Program-made: the position numbers and the translations under genes
Shown here: positions 61,587 to 64,000 of the stretch, piece by piece
Layout: every line of letters starts with the position of its first letter
Position numbering within the stretch: the first letter of the stretch is position 1
Source: Eledone cirrhosa
Taxonomy: Eukaryota
Assembly (NCBI GenBank): GCA_964016885.1
Contig: CAXHJY010000826.1
Coordinates: 549 to 64,548 of the forward strand
DNA: 64,000 nucleotides
Direction of reading: 5' to 3'
The notes under the pieces: generated by a model
The model's database searches: none
Seen by the model: only the letters and a program-made list of their open reading frames with translations
What the model was told of the DNA's origin: nothing

Positions 61587-61965
61587 CCTTGTCTGGCTTT
61601 CTGGAGAATAGAGGAAAGGTGTTTCCTCAAAAACCAGTATGACTCTAAAAACCGGTTTGTCTGTGTGTTTACATACAGAATAGCTGGATACTCACAGTAA
61701 AGTAACCAGTGAAAGACTTGGTACATCTACATATGTATACGTGTGTGTATTTCATATGCATACTAGTATTTCAGTATACATATATAGATGTACATTTTTA
61801 ACTTAATTGTTTAAGCGTCAGTCATACAAAAGTGAGTTACAAACGAAACGAAATTTAATTTCGTTTCGTTATTTGTTTTTATATATATATATGTATATTA
61901 TATATGTATATTATATATGTATATTATATATATATTATATATGTATATATATATATATATATATA

Positions 61966-62628
61966 TTGTTATACTTTGGGAGGGTCATGTTGCCAATAAG
62001 AAACACACGCACCAGTTGCTTTCACTTCAATTTATTATATATTTATAAATTTATAAATTTACAAATCTACAAACTTATAAATTTCTGGTTGGTTGGTTGG
62101 TTCCACAACCAGATAGTTGTTTATATATAGTCATAGTCCTTTCGTCACACACTCTGTGACCTCTTCAGTGACACACACATAGAACAAACAACCAACCAAC
62201 AATAAATAAATAAATAAATAAATAAACAAATAGATAAATGAACACAAACACACACAGACACCTGGATGTGGCGCATGCGCAAACTGAGCTCACAACACAA
62301 ACACAGAAACAAAATGGCGTAGGATAGAAGAAAGGAAAGGCACAGAAACAAAGAAAGGAATCCCCAGTCACTGAAGAGATCACAGAGTGTGTGACGAAAG
62401 GACTATAACTATATATAAACAACTATCTGGTTGTGGAACCAACCAACCAACCAGAAATTTATAAGTTTGTAGATTTGTAAATTTATAAATTTATAAATAT
62501 ATAATAAATTGAAGTGAAAGCAACTGGTGCGTGTGTTTCTTATTGGCAACATGACCCTTCCAAAGTATAACAATATCGGTTTCAACACACAATTTTAGAT
62601 AAAGATTCTTGCTAAACAAATTCAGAAA

Positions 62629-62630
<2 letters not shown>
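61966..62630. mobile_element. PLE pseudo-LTR-only insertion with inverted duplication (family of 38569-39850)
   Basis: 61966-62172 is the reverse complement of ~62367-62574; HHRs at 62130-62172 (-) and 62367-62410 (+). Confidence 0.88.
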
Positions 62631-62698
<68 letters not shown>

Positions 62699-62825
62699 TA
62701 TATATGTATATTATATATATATATTATATATATATATTATATATATATTATATATATATATATTATATATATATATATTATATATATATATTATATATAT
62801 ATATATTATATATATATATTATATA

Positions 62826-62856
<31 letters not shown>

Positions 62857-62857
62857 C

Positions 62858-62910
<53 letters not shown>

Positions 62911-62972
62911 TATATATGTATATTATATAAGTATATTATATATATATATTATATATATATACTATATATATA

Positions 62973-63025
<53 letters not shown>

Positions 63026-63102
63026 TATATATATACATATTATATATGTATATTATATAAGTATATTATATATATATATTATATATATATACTATATATA
63101 TA

Positions 63103-63155
<53 letters not shown>

Positions 63156-63161
63156 TATATA

Positions 63162-63205
<44 letters not shown>

Positions 63206-63322
63206 TATATATGTATATTATATAAGTATATTATATATATATATTATATGTATATATTATATATATATATTAAATATATATATTATATATATATATTATA
63301 TATATATATTATATATATATAC

Positions 63323-63357
<35 letters not shown>

Positions 63358-63368
63358 CTATATATATA

Positions 63369-63399
<31 letters not shown>

Positions 63400-63471
63400 A
63401 TATATGTATTATATATATATATATATATATTATTATATATATATATATATATATTATATTATATATATATA

Positions 63472-63526
<55 letters not shown>

Positions 63527-63538
63527 ATATTATATATA

Positions 63539-63623
<85 letters not shown>

Positions 63624-63702
63624 TATATATATATATATTATATATATATATATTATATATATATATATATTATATATTATATATATATATATTATATATA
63701 TA

Positions 63703-63761
<59 letters not shown>

Positions 63762-63762
63762 G

Positions 63763-63801
<39 letters not shown>

Positions 63802-63814
63802 GTATATATATATG

Positions 63815-63859
<45 letters not shown>

Positions 63860-64000
63860 GTATATATATATATATATTATATATGTATATATATATATAT
63901 ATTATATATGTATATATATATATATTATATATGTATATTGTATATGTATATTATATATATATATATATTATAATATATATATATATATTATATATATATA
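62631..64000. repeat. (TA)n-derived microsatellite
   Basis: Direct inspection. Confidence 0.97.

Larger units (their letters stand above)
60810..61882. mobile_element. retrozyme-like 467-nt unit: two inverted, circularly permuted, terminally redundant copies
   Basis: AACAATTAAG at 60811 and 61278; CGTTTCGTTATTTGTTTTTAT at 61395 and 61862; arms 60810-61226 and 61395-61812 are reverse complements. Confidence 0.85.

Overview
Repeat-dominated animal genomic DNA, most likely octopus/cephalopod (inferred from the SINE families and extreme microsatellite load). No intact protein-coding gene is supported; nearly all listed ORFs are translations of simple repeats. The window holds large micro- and minisatellites (including a ~5 kb 56-bp array with a 1848-bp higher-order repeat and a ~4 kb (ACTAC)n), many tRNA-derived SINEs, CR1/RTE/RLE LINE remnants, a deleted mariner, a MITE inside a Helitron-like repeat, and several decayed Penelope-like elements (PLEs). 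The main unannotated signal is a dense set of type I hammerhead ribozyme (HHR) motifs found by eye: about 12 with intact cores and about 7 degenerate. They lie in short elements inserted into (TA)n. They include terminally redundant, circularly permuted retrozyme-like units (467 nt and 311 nt), U3-A8 covariant cores, and an inferred ~385-bp element with HHRs on both strands. A few splice-site-bounded candidate exons are reported at low confidence. All folds and alignments were done manually.
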